DNA from: a virus
Taxonomy: Duplodnaviria > Caudoviricetes
Strand: one strand, 5' to 3'
DNA length: 64,000 nt
Virus record (IMG/VR): IMGVR_UViG_3300031911_000003
Location: 11,196 to 75,195 of that record
The notes under the pieces are model-generated. The model was given only the letters and a program-made list of their open reading frames with translations. It did no database searches and had not been told where the DNA came from. The translations under genes were made by a program, and so were the position numbers. Positions 27,478 through 35,392 of the stretch are shown here, piece by piece. Every line of letters starts with the position of its first letter. Positions within the stretch are counted from its first letter, which is position 1.

Positions 27478-29121
27478 ATGAACTTTCACGTTTGGGGTTC
27501 TCTGGCATCGAAAATCGCGGAGCAGCGGTATCTACATCCGGGCGAAACGTGGGTGGTGGGTCTAGCACCCCGCGTCTCAACAAACACTTTTTCAACTGTC
27601 AAATCGCGAGGCTGCCCGGTTCCAGAGGGGGAGGTGACTCGCATGATCGCCAACCGCCAGTTTCTTCCCGGGGGTCGGTATCTGTACGCCTGCGGAAGAC
27701 CGCTGCACCAAACGCAGAATTGTCTGTTGTTCTTAGTCGAGGATTCGCGTGAGGGGTGGGCCGACCACTACTACAAGCACGTCATGGGCTTGTCGACGGG
27801 TGCTGGCATCGGAAGTGTCTACAGCAACGTTCGGCAGAAAGGCGCAAAGCTGAACCGTACGGGGGGTGTGGCTGGTGGGCCAATAAACTTGATGCTCGGC
27901 ATTAATGAAGCAGCTCACACTGTACGCCAAGGAGGCGATCGGCGTGCGGCGCTTTGGGCGGGCCTCCATTGGTGGCATCCAGATGCGCTGGAGTATTGCT
28001 CGGTGAAAGATTGGTCTGAGGATGTGCGCCAACGGAAAGCAGAAAATTGGGAAACGCCAGCGCCGCTCGATTACACGAATCAGAGCGTCTGCTACGACGA
28101 CGAATTTTTCCAAGCTGTCGCTGAGCGAAGCACCGAGAAGCGACGTCAAGCTGACGCCGTATATTGGAAAAACGTGGCTCATGCGCTCCGCACAGGCGAT
28201 CCCGGCTTATCTGTCGATTGCGGCGTCAATGCAGGCGAGTGGCTTCGTAACGCCTGCACGGAAGTCAGCTCTCGCGACGACAGCGATATTTGCAACATCG
28301 GAAGCCTGAATTTGGCTCGGTACGAGACACTCGCAGAGTTCGAACGCGACCTACCCTGCGCCGTAGCGTTCTTACTCGCTGGCAGCGAATACAGCGACGT
28401 ACCGTACGAGAAAGTTCGCGTTGTTCGTCAGAAGAACCGTCGGCTCGGTTTGGGCCTTATGGGTGTTCACGAGTGGCTGCTTCGACGCGGCAAAAAGTAC
28501 GGCCCAGATGTTGAACTAGGTCTGTGGCTGGCGGTCTACGCGCGATCAACCGAGATCGCTGCACGCCTTGCTGACGAGTGGAGTCTTTCACGTCCCGTGA
28601 AAACTCGAGCCATGGCGCCCAATGGCACGATTGGCCTCGTGGCCGAGACAACTACTTGCCTAGAACCGCTTCTCTGCGTAGCGAAAAAACGCCGCGTAAA
28701 GCAAGGAGATGAGACGTGGGCGCAATACAGCGTCGATCCTGTCGCTGAGCGCCTCATAAACGAGGGTGTCGAGATCGGCAACATCGAAACGGCCTACGAT
28801 CTCTCTGGTTCACTCGCGGGAATCGAGCGTCGCGTCGCTTTTCAGGCGTGGTTTCAACAATTCGTCGATCACGGCATCGCATCGACGATCAACATCGCTT
28901 CGTGGGGTAGCGCGTCAAACAATGAAGACACCGTGAAGCCGTTCGGCGAGATGTTACTCAAATATTTACCACATCTGCGCGGCATCACCGTATATCCTGA
29001 CGGTGCGCGATCGGGACAACCAATTGTTCCTGTGAGCTACGAAACGGCGCGCAAACATGGGGAAGAGATCGTTTACGAGTCGGCTGATGTCTGTGAGATG
29101 CGCGGAGGAGGCTGTGGCTAG
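27478..29121 (+). CDS. nrdJ: Ribonucleotide reductase, class II (B12-dependent), no ATP cone
   Basis: FLPGGRYL, NC, NACTE, CNIGSLNL, RRLGLGLMG, APNGTIG, GITVYPDGAR and C-terminal CxxxxxxC; no beta-subunit gene nearby. Confidence 0.88.
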   Translation: MNFHVWGSLASKIAEQRYLHPGETWVVGLAPRVSTNTFSTVKSRGCPVPEGEVTRMIANRQFLPGGRYLYACGRPLHQTQNCLLFLVEDSREGWADHYYKHVMGLSTGAGIGSVYSNVRQKGAKLNRTGGVAGGPINLMLGINEAAHTVRQGGDRRAALWAGLHWWHPDALEYCSVKDWSEDVRQRKAENWETPAPLDYTNQSVCYDDEFFQAVAERSTEKRRQADAVYWKNVAHALRTGDPGLSVDCGVNAGEWLRNACTEVSSRDDSDICNIGSLNLARYETLAEFERDLPCAVAFLLAGSEYSDVPYEKVRVVRQKNRRLGLGLMGVHEWLLRRGKKYGPDVELGLWLAVYARSTEIAARLADEWSLSRPVKTRAMAPNGTIGLVAETTTCLEPLLCVAKKRRVKQGDETWAQYSVDPVAERLINEGVEIGNIETAYDLSGSLAGIERRVAFQAWFQQFVDHGIASTINIASWGSASNNEDTVKPFGEMLLKYLPHLRGITVYPDGARSGQPIVPVSYETARKHGEEIVYESADVCEMRGGGCG

Positions 29122-30035
29122 TTTGCAAGTTCCCGACGCGCGGCCTCGAACTCCGCCGCGACTACCAGTGCGCCGAGTGCCAGCCAGCGACCGATGCGGC
29201 GCAGCCCGCAGGAAGCTTCTAGGACCGCGCACAGAGCGATCGAGAAGGCCAGCCAGCCCGACCAGCCGAGTGGCCCCTTGGACGCGGCCAGAGCGCACAG
29301 AAGGGACGCCCCGCGATAGGCTGGGTACACGACGCTTTCCCTCGTGCCGTGCAAGACGAGCCGCAGCCCAAACAGCCCGCAGCCCATCGAGGCAAGAGCA
29401 ACGAGCCACAAGCGCCAGTCGGCGAGCGGCGCCGCAGGCGCAAAGCTGCCCGCCGCAGCCAGGCACAGCGTCAGTCCCATGACCGCGACCTGCCCGGCGC
29501 CGAAGAAGCCAGGCTTCAAGCCACGATCACCCTTGGCCATCCGGACGGCCCGGAGCTTCAGACGTTGCCCGAGTACGTAGGTGCAGGCGAGGAGCAGCGG
29601 AATGGGGAGCCAGCGCAGAGGCTTGTGCAGCGCAGCTAGGAGCACGGCGGCAAAGACGGCTGCGGAGAGCGCAAGGCGCTGCCTCAGTGGGCGACGATCA
29701 AGCGGATCGGGGAAGAGCAGGCACCCGCCCTTGCCGGCGACGACGGCGACGAGCGACGACGGCATGAGCAGCGCCAGCGTTTCGGAGGTGAGGACCAGCG
29801 TCGAGGCGGCGGCCGAGAGCAGTTCGGCCCGCGTCGGTGGCCACATGCGCGGCAGCGGTGCGCGCAATCGGTAGACGAAGCAGCCGAGCGCGTACCAGAG
29901 GGGGATCGCCAGCGCATAGACCTGGAAAGCGCCGAGTGGGTGATGCGCGCCGCCGGCTAGGCCGCAGAGCTTGGCGTAGGTGAAGGAGCACAAAGCGTAA
30001 CCGAGGAGCAGGAACCCGACGCGTGGCTCGTTCAT
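29118..30035 (-). CDS. Multi-pass membrane protein, possibly DMT/EamA-like
   Basis: About 300 aa with roughly 9-10 hydrophobic segments; family assignment is tentative. Confidence 0.55.
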   Translation of the reverse strand: MNEPRVGFLLLGYALCSFTYAKLCGLAGGAHHPLGAFQVYALAIPLWYALGCFVYRLRAPLPRMWPPTRAELLSAAASTLVLTSETLALLMPSSLVAVVAGKGGCLLFPDPLDRRPLRQRLALSAAVFAAVLLAALHKPLRWLPIPLLLACTYVLGQRLKLRAVRMAKGDRGLKPGFFGAGQVAVMGLTLCLAAAGSFAPAAPLADWRLWLVALASMGCGLFGLRLVLHGTRESVVYPAYRGASLLCALAASKGPLGWSGWLAFSIALCAVLEASCGLRRIGRWLALGALVVAAEFEAARRELAN

Positions 30036-30127
30036 GCCTGGATGTTCGCAACCCACGGTGCTTGCGTCTAGCTCTCGAGTCGGAGTAGGTTCAATCGGCT
30101 ATTAGGTTTGAACAGGAGCAAACAGAA

Positions 30128-30994
30128 ATGTCACTGAGAGTCCTTCGATCTGAGCAAGACGCCTCCGTCAACTTCGTCGAAGAGCAGCTCGCCGGCTTCC
30201 TCGAGGCACGTTACGTGCGGCGTCGCGCTGACTACTTCGTCTGCTATCTGAGCAGTCACAGCGGATGCAATCGTGGCTGCGAATTCTGCCACCTGACCGC
30301 GACAGGGCAGACGAGTTTTGCGCCCTCGACGATCAACGACTTCGAGAGCCAGGCACTGTCGGTGCTCCGGCACTATCGCAGAGAGTCGCCGGCCCGCTAC
30401 ATGCACTTCGCCTTCATGGCCCGAGGTGAGCCGCTGGCGAACCCGCATCTGCTCGAGCGCGGGCAGGAGCTGCTGATCCGACTCGGCAACCTAGCGCGCG
30501 ACGAGGGGCTGCCCTCGAAGTTCTGCGTCTCGACGATCATGCCGCAAACGCTGCGCAAGCCGCTCGTCGACGTCTTCGGCTTCGTCTCGCCGACGATCTA
30601 CTACAGCCTCTACTCCGTAGAGCCGGCCTTCCGCGAGCGCTGGCTGCCCACGGCGAAGCCGATCGAGGCCGCGCTGCAAGAGCTCGCAGACTACCAGCGC
30701 TTCAGCAAGAAGATCCTCAAGATCCACTTCGCCCTCATCGAGGGACAGAACGACTCGGCCGACCAGGTCTGCAAGATGTGCGACGCGCTCGACGAGCGCG
30801 GCCTAATCTGCGAGTTCAACCTCGTCACCTACAACCCAGCGACCGCCGCGCAGGGGCGGGAGAGCGCGCCCGAAGTCATCGCCGAGCGCCTCGCGTACAT
30901 CTTGGAGCGCTTTGTCGGAAGGGTGAAGGCAGTCAAGCGCGTTGGCTTCGACGTCAAGGCGAGCTGCGGGATGTTCGTCGGTGGTGAGAAATGA
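30128..30994 (+). CDS. RlmN/Cfr-like radical SAM protein
   Basis: SSHSGCNRGCEFCH (CxxxCxxC), FMARGEPLAN, SLY, GQND, NLVTYNP and ASCGMF parallel the RlmN motifs. Confidence 0.85.
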   Translation: MSLRVLRSEQDASVNFVEEQLAGFLEARYVRRRADYFVCYLSSHSGCNRGCEFCHLTATGQTSFAPSTINDFESQALSVLRHYRRESPARYMHFAFMARGEPLANPHLLERGQELLIRLGNLARDEGLPSKFCVSTIMPQTLRKPLVDVFGFVSPTIYYSLYSVEPAFRERWLPTAKPIEAALQELADYQRFSKKILKIHFALIEGQNDSADQVCKMCDALDERGLICEFNLVTYNPATAAQGRESAPEVIAERLAYILERFVGRVKAVKRVGFDVKASCGMFVGGEK

Positions 30995-31494
30995 GCGCCT
31001 CAAATCTCATCGTCGAGTTCAGACTCCTCCATCCAGATGCGAAGCGTCCCGAGTACCAGACCGGTGGCGCGAGTGGGATGGATCTCTACGCTGATGGTAA
31101 GGAAGCTGAAAATCAGTATGGTGGATTAGACGTTCACTGGACTTGTTTAAAGCTCAGTCCCGGTTGGATCTGGCGCATTTCAACGGGCGTCGCCATCTTG
31201 ATTCCCACCGGCTGGGAGGCACAGATCCGGCCGCGCTCGTCGCTATCTGCAAAGGGCATCCTATGCCAGCTCGGCACGATCGACAGCGACTACCGGGGCG
31301 AATTGAAGGTTGTCCTGGTGAACCTGAGCGGCGAGCCGTTCGCAGTGCGCCGTGGTGAACGCATCGCGCAGCTAGTCTTCGCGCCGGTCGGGCGCGCGGC
31401 GCTTCAGGAGGTGCGCGAGTTCAGCAGCCGGACGAAGCGCGGCGAGGGTGGATTCGGGAGTACGGGTAAAATGAGGTCAGAATGCAAAGTCTGA
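30991..31494 (+). CDS. dut: Trimeric dUTPase
   Basis: All five motifs: GMDL, RSSL, GTIDSDYRGE, RIAQLV, RGEGGFGSTG. Confidence 0.96.
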   Translation: MSASNLIVEFRLLHPDAKRPEYQTGGASGMDLYADGKEAENQYGGLDVHWTCLKLSPGWIWRISTGVAILIPTGWEAQIRPRSSLSAKGILCQLGTIDSDYRGELKVVLVNLSGEPFAVRRGERIAQLVFAPVGRAALQEVREFSSRTKRGEGGFGSTGKMRSECKV

Positions 31495-31561
31495 GGTCGA
31501 ACTCATCACGGTACTCGAATGATATGCATAGATCGCAAGGCTTGCGAACGAGCTAAGCGAC

Positions 31562-32596
31562 TCAAACGAGTAAAGAAGCCCCATCCCAATTGAGCAGCAC
31601 GTCGCCGAGAGCAAGCGTCGCGCCCGTCTCGGCGCAGCCGTTGTCGGGGTTGACGGCATCGAGCAGCACTGGCGACGATCGACGAAGCCCACCGTAGCGG
31701 ATCATTTGCGAAGTACCCTTCTCGTCGCAGGTGTTGGCGTCTCCGACCTCGCCAGGAAGTAACGTGCCAGCCAGAGCGGCGCGACGCGCGTAGATGAAGG
31801 GCAACTCGGGCGTCGTCGGCGTCGGGTAGGCTAGGCTCGTCGAGGCGCCGCCCGGCACGTAGCGCTGCGGATCGCCGTTACCGTCGAGCTGGTAGAGCAT
31901 GCCGGGCGGGCAGCGGCCCCAAAGCTGCTCGGGCGTCGCGTAGCGGAACAAGCTGCGCGGCGCGGCAGGGTCAGCGCTGATCGTGTCGCAGAGCACGCAG
32001 CCTGCGCCCGTCGCAGCGTAGAAGACGATACGCTCCCTGTCGAGTAGGTTCCCGCCCTTGCCCCGCGGGTTCGGCTGCGGTCTGTCGATGAAGAAGAGCG
32101 CGGTCGGTGCGCCAGTGCCGACGGCGTACGAGAGGAACCAGCACCGCTCATCGTCCTCGCTGGCGTAGCCCTGCATGCGGCTGCCGGAAGACGGCCAGAG
32201 CGGTGAATACGTAGGTGACGCGTCGGTGCCACCACCGAGCAGGTAGATCTCGTCCGCGGCCGATGGCGTCCGCACGAGGTTCGGTGAGCCGCCCGTGAAG
32301 CCGGCACGCGGACTCCACTTCAACCGCACGCCTCCGACTGCGTCGACTTGCACGCACAGCTCTGTATTAGGGTCGACAACGTCTACGAACGGGCGCCCCC
32401 GCAGCACGAACCAGGCGCCCGGCGCCGCGAGGCTCGCGGCTGATGTGATGACGTCGCCCTGCGCGGCGTAGACTATGCCCGTCGAAGAAGTTGGCACTGT
32501 CCAGTTAGTTCCGGAAGTGCCGACGTTGAGTGTGCGCTTGAACAGGAAACAAGCTTCGGCGGCCGAGACAGGCGCCGCGTTCTTGAGGAATGCCAT
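31562..32596 (-). CDS. Putative virion protein (stand-alone late gene)
   Basis: 344 aa, Gly/Pro/Thr-rich; ACCATCT 5 nt upstream. Confidence 0.55.
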   Translation of the reverse strand: MAFLKNAAPVSAAEACFLFKRTLNVGTSGTNWTVPTSSTGIVYAAQGDVITSAASLAAPGAWFVLRGRPFVDVVDPNTELCVQVDAVGGVRLKWSPRAGFTGGSPNLVRTPSAADEIYLLGGGTDASPTYSPLWPSSGSRMQGYASEDDERCWFLSYAVGTGAPTALFFIDRPQPNPRGKGGNLLDRERIVFYAATGAGCVLCDTISADPAAPRSLFRYATPEQLWGRCPPGMLYQLDGNGDPQRYVPGGASTSLAYPTPTTPELPFIYARRAALAGTLLPGEVGDANTCDEKGTSQMIRYGGLRRSSPVLLDAVNPDNGCAETGATLALGDVLLNWDGASLLV

Positions 32597-32679
32597 ACGA
32601 GAGATGGTCAGGTCAGCGACGAGCAGAGCTTCAGTGTGTTCGCGTTACTCGCCGCTGTCGGTGAACCCGTTCCACGACC

Positions 32680-33288
32680 TCACTTCGCCGCATCCACCGC
32701 GTACTCGCCGACGCGCACGAGCAGCATGCAGCCGATGACGCGGCCGACGTTGACGAGATGGTGCTGCGAGGCGCGATAGACGACCTCGACTTCGATCGTC
32801 TCGCCGAAGAGGAGCTCACTAGCGAGGTAGCGCTGCTTCGCGCCGGCCTCTTCGACTTGGCAGACGAGCGCGGCGTAGCCGTCGGGGATGGACAGAGTGA
32901 CGCCCGTCGACAGGCGGCGCGGCGGGTCGTTCGGCCCGACGCTGAGCCCGCAGCGTCCGGCGTGCGACGGCTTCGGCGCGTAGCGCAGCCAGAGCCGGCC
33001 GTCCCTGACCTCGGGTTTCAGTTCGTCGGACTTCGCGAGCGCGGTGAAGCGCAGCGTCGGGGGCTTCTCGGGCGAATTCAGGCAGGCATTGACTTCGTCG
33101 AGGATGTTCCGCTTCGCCTCTTCGAGGCAACGCATCGTCGTCTCCTCACACGAACGGCGCAGCTTGGCGATCTCGTTTGCGAACATCTTCTCGATCTCGA
33201 TCGCCGACATCTTCTCGATTTCGGTCTGCGGTTGCTCTTGCTTCGAGTTCTCTTTCGTCATTGTCGAATAATCCTGCATTCGTTCCAC
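32680..33288 (-). CDS. Catalytically degenerate dUTPase-fold protein with N-terminal coiled coil
   Basis: Keeps LSTGVTLSIPDGYAALV and VGRVIGCMLL scaffold strands; lacks motifs 1, 2, 3 and 5. Confidence 0.55.
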   Translation of the reverse strand: MERMQDYSTMTKENSKQEQPQTEIEKMSAIEIEKMFANEIAKLRRSCEETTMRCLEEAKRNILDEVNACLNSPEKPPTLRFTALAKSDELKPEVRDGRLWLRYAPKPSHAGRCGLSVGPNDPPRRLSTGVTLSIPDGYAALVCQVEEAGAKQRYLASELLFGETIEVEVVYRASQHHLVNVGRVIGCMLLVRVGEYAVDAAK

Positions 33289-33399
33289 TTACTCGCTGAG
33301 GACCGCAGCTTTCGGCGGTGGCCTGCCACGTATTTCGGGCTCGATGTCCACACCCGACGATGCTTCGGCAGCCGAGCATCTGAGCCACTCTCTCACGCT

Positions 33400-33429
33400 T
33401 TGACAACGCGCGTCAAGGCGCGGTAGCAT
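33400..33429 (+). promoter_or_regulatory. sigma70-type promoter overlapping a TTGAC-N7-GTCAA inverted repeat
   Basis: TTGACA-N18-TAGCAT-N7-ATG(33437). Confidence 0.6.
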
Positions 33430-33879
33430 GCGGGGCATGAACGAACTCAAGAGCACCTGCAGAAACAGCGCTACACGACTGGCAGCCAGGCGCACCTATA
33501 TGGCGCCTCGCACCACAAGAACCTGCCCCACGACGTGTACGCGAAGGAGACGGCGCTGGACGTCGGCGAGGACGTGCAGGTAAAAGAACAAGGGCCACAA
33601 CGCGCCGCCGCCGGAGCGGATGGACTGTGATTAAAGTCGACGCGAGGCGCTGAGATGTGGATCGCGATCGGAATACTCGAGGGCATGCGGCGTCGCTTAG
33701 TCAGCGACGGCTACACCGACGAGCAGGCGCTGCGTCGTCTGAGCATGGACATGTTAGTGTACGACCCTTCCGACTGATGTCGTTATTCGCTGGTCAGTGC
33801 CCGAAGTGGAGTGCGGCGTTGGACTTCGCGCTGTCTAAATCGGTGATTCGAGCGGATTACGCGAGATGGAAGACGCGAA

Positions 33880-34953
33880 TTAGTTGCCGCGGTTCTTTTG
33901 GATGTACTGAGGGAGCAGGTAGTCAGCACCCTCGTAGTTGTTGACTTTCCAGCGCAGCTCGTTGTCGTTGAAGACGCTGGCGCTGTTAGGGTCGACCTGC
34001 ATCGCGTAGGACGGCGCGAGAGCGCGGGCGAAGCCGATGCCGAAGCGGCGGCTGTCAAGCAGGTACCAGGTCACGTCGCCGGACGCGGTGCCGTCGGACA
34101 GCACGTCCGCGTAGACCACCTTCTTGATGTACTTGCGGATGTAGACGACGTTGTCGCCCTGCGCGGCAGTGTTTGCCGGCTGCCCCGGCGCGGCGTTCTG
34201 CCCGCCGTAGACGATCGAGCCGACGAGCGTGGCGATGTCGGCGTCGTACATGAGCGACGAGGGCACGACCAGCGTGTCGAGCCGGACGCCGGCTGGAGTA
34301 CCGTCGCCGAGCCGGATCTGCGCTGCCTTGGCGATGGCCTTCGACAGGTTCGCTGCAGTCAGCGGGTAGTTCGTCCGGTAGTTGTCGAACGTCCGGCCGG
34401 TGAAGTTCGATGCCAGGTCCTCTGGGATCGCCGTGTCGAAGAAGTTCTTGCCTGTCGCGCCCGAGAACCAGGCCGCCGCCGCGTTGCCCTGCTGGAGCAG
34501 CGAGGAGACGAGGAAGTCGGGGTTCTTCTCCGCGACGCGCCGGAGCGTCCGCGGAGCGGCGGCGAGCGTGCGGTAGATGTCGTTGCTGAACTCCCACCTG
34601 TTGACGTGTACTTTCTTCTGGTAGGGCAGGAGCTCGATCGTCTGCGCCTGGCGCACGAGCGGGTTCGAGCTGCCCGCACCGAAGGTCTGCTCCATCGGAC
34701 CCATCGGCATGAGCTGTCCAAAGATTGCGGTCTTCGGCAGCGAGGCGAACGGGTTGAGCTCGCCGTCAGCCAGGCGCGCGTCGGGGATCGTGAAGTCGTC
34801 CGGCCCCTGCGTGCGGGCGACGTCGGTGTAGAAGATGCTGTCCTCACTCGGGTCATACGCCTCCTGCAGCGCCGCCTGCACGTAGGCCGTGAAGGCGACG
34901 GCGACCTGCGCCGTGGTGAGGGACGATAGGGTAACTACGTTCGGGCCGTTCAT
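33880..34953 (-). CDS. Major capsid protein, Mu gpT-like
   Basis: PDFLVSSLLQQG...GKNFFDT, DTLVVP.SL and TWYLLD motifs; follows the protease and decoration genes. Confidence 0.85.
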   Translation of the reverse strand: MNGPNVVTLSSLTTAQVAVAFTAYVQAALQEAYDPSEDSIFYTDVARTQGPDDFTIPDARLADGELNPFASLPKTAIFGQLMPMGPMEQTFGAGSSNPLVRQAQTIELLPYQKKVHVNRWEFSNDIYRTLAAAPRTLRRVAEKNPDFLVSSLLQQGNAAAAWFSGATGKNFFDTAIPEDLASNFTGRTFDNYRTNYPLTAANLSKAIAKAAQIRLGDGTPAGVRLDTLVVPSSLMYDADIATLVGSIVYGGQNAAPGQPANTAAQGDNVVYIRKYIKKVVYADVLSDGTASGDVTWYLLDSRRFGIGFARALAPSYAMQVDPNSASVFNDNELRWKVNNYEGADYLLPQYIQKNRGN

Positions 34954-34959
34954 GGTCGC

Positions 34960-35391
34960 TTACTCCACCGCCACGCGCACAGGGCGGTTGTATGGGGCCA
35001 GGGGGTCGGTCGGCTGGAAGGCGACGATCTCGCCGCCGGGCGGGCCGTCAGCCGAGTCGAAGCTGATCGTGTTCGGCGACGACAAGTAGCCCTGCTGACC
35101 GACATAGGTCTGATCGACCGGGTTCGTGCCGTCGTTATAGAAGTCGTACATCGCGCCGTACTCGACGATGACTTCGCCGGCTCCGTCGAGACCCCCGGTG
35201 TTGTCGAACGATGTGAGGGCGCAGCACGGACGCTTGCCGGTCGCGGCGTTCGCGGCGCCGGGCGCCTCGAGATAGCCGCCGACCTCGACGTAGAACTTGC
35301 CGAGCTCGATCACGGCGTCGGCCGCGACCTTCTTTACGACCTGCTGGAATCGCGCCTGGTTGCCGACGCGGGGCGTGAACTGGATGGCCAT
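34960..35391 (-). CDS. Capsid decoration/cement protein
   Basis: 143 aa, beta-rich, between scaffold and MCP; 'VGQQGYLSSPNTIS' resembles Mu gp35/DUF2190-type proteins. Confidence 0.6.
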   Translation of the reverse strand: MAIQFTPRVGNQARFQQVVKKVAADAVIELGKFYVEVGGYLEAPGAANAATGKRPCCALTSFDNTGGLDGAGEVIVEYGAMYDFYNDGTNPVDQTYVGQQGYLSSPNTISFDSADGPPGGEIVAFQPTDPLAPYNRPVRVAVE

Positions 35392-35392
35392 G

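Noticed and set aside
33437-33630. ORF behind the 33400 promoter
   Set aside because: The ATG frame gives an implausible Arg/Thr-rich 48-mer, and the better-looking frame has no start; probably a decayed gene.
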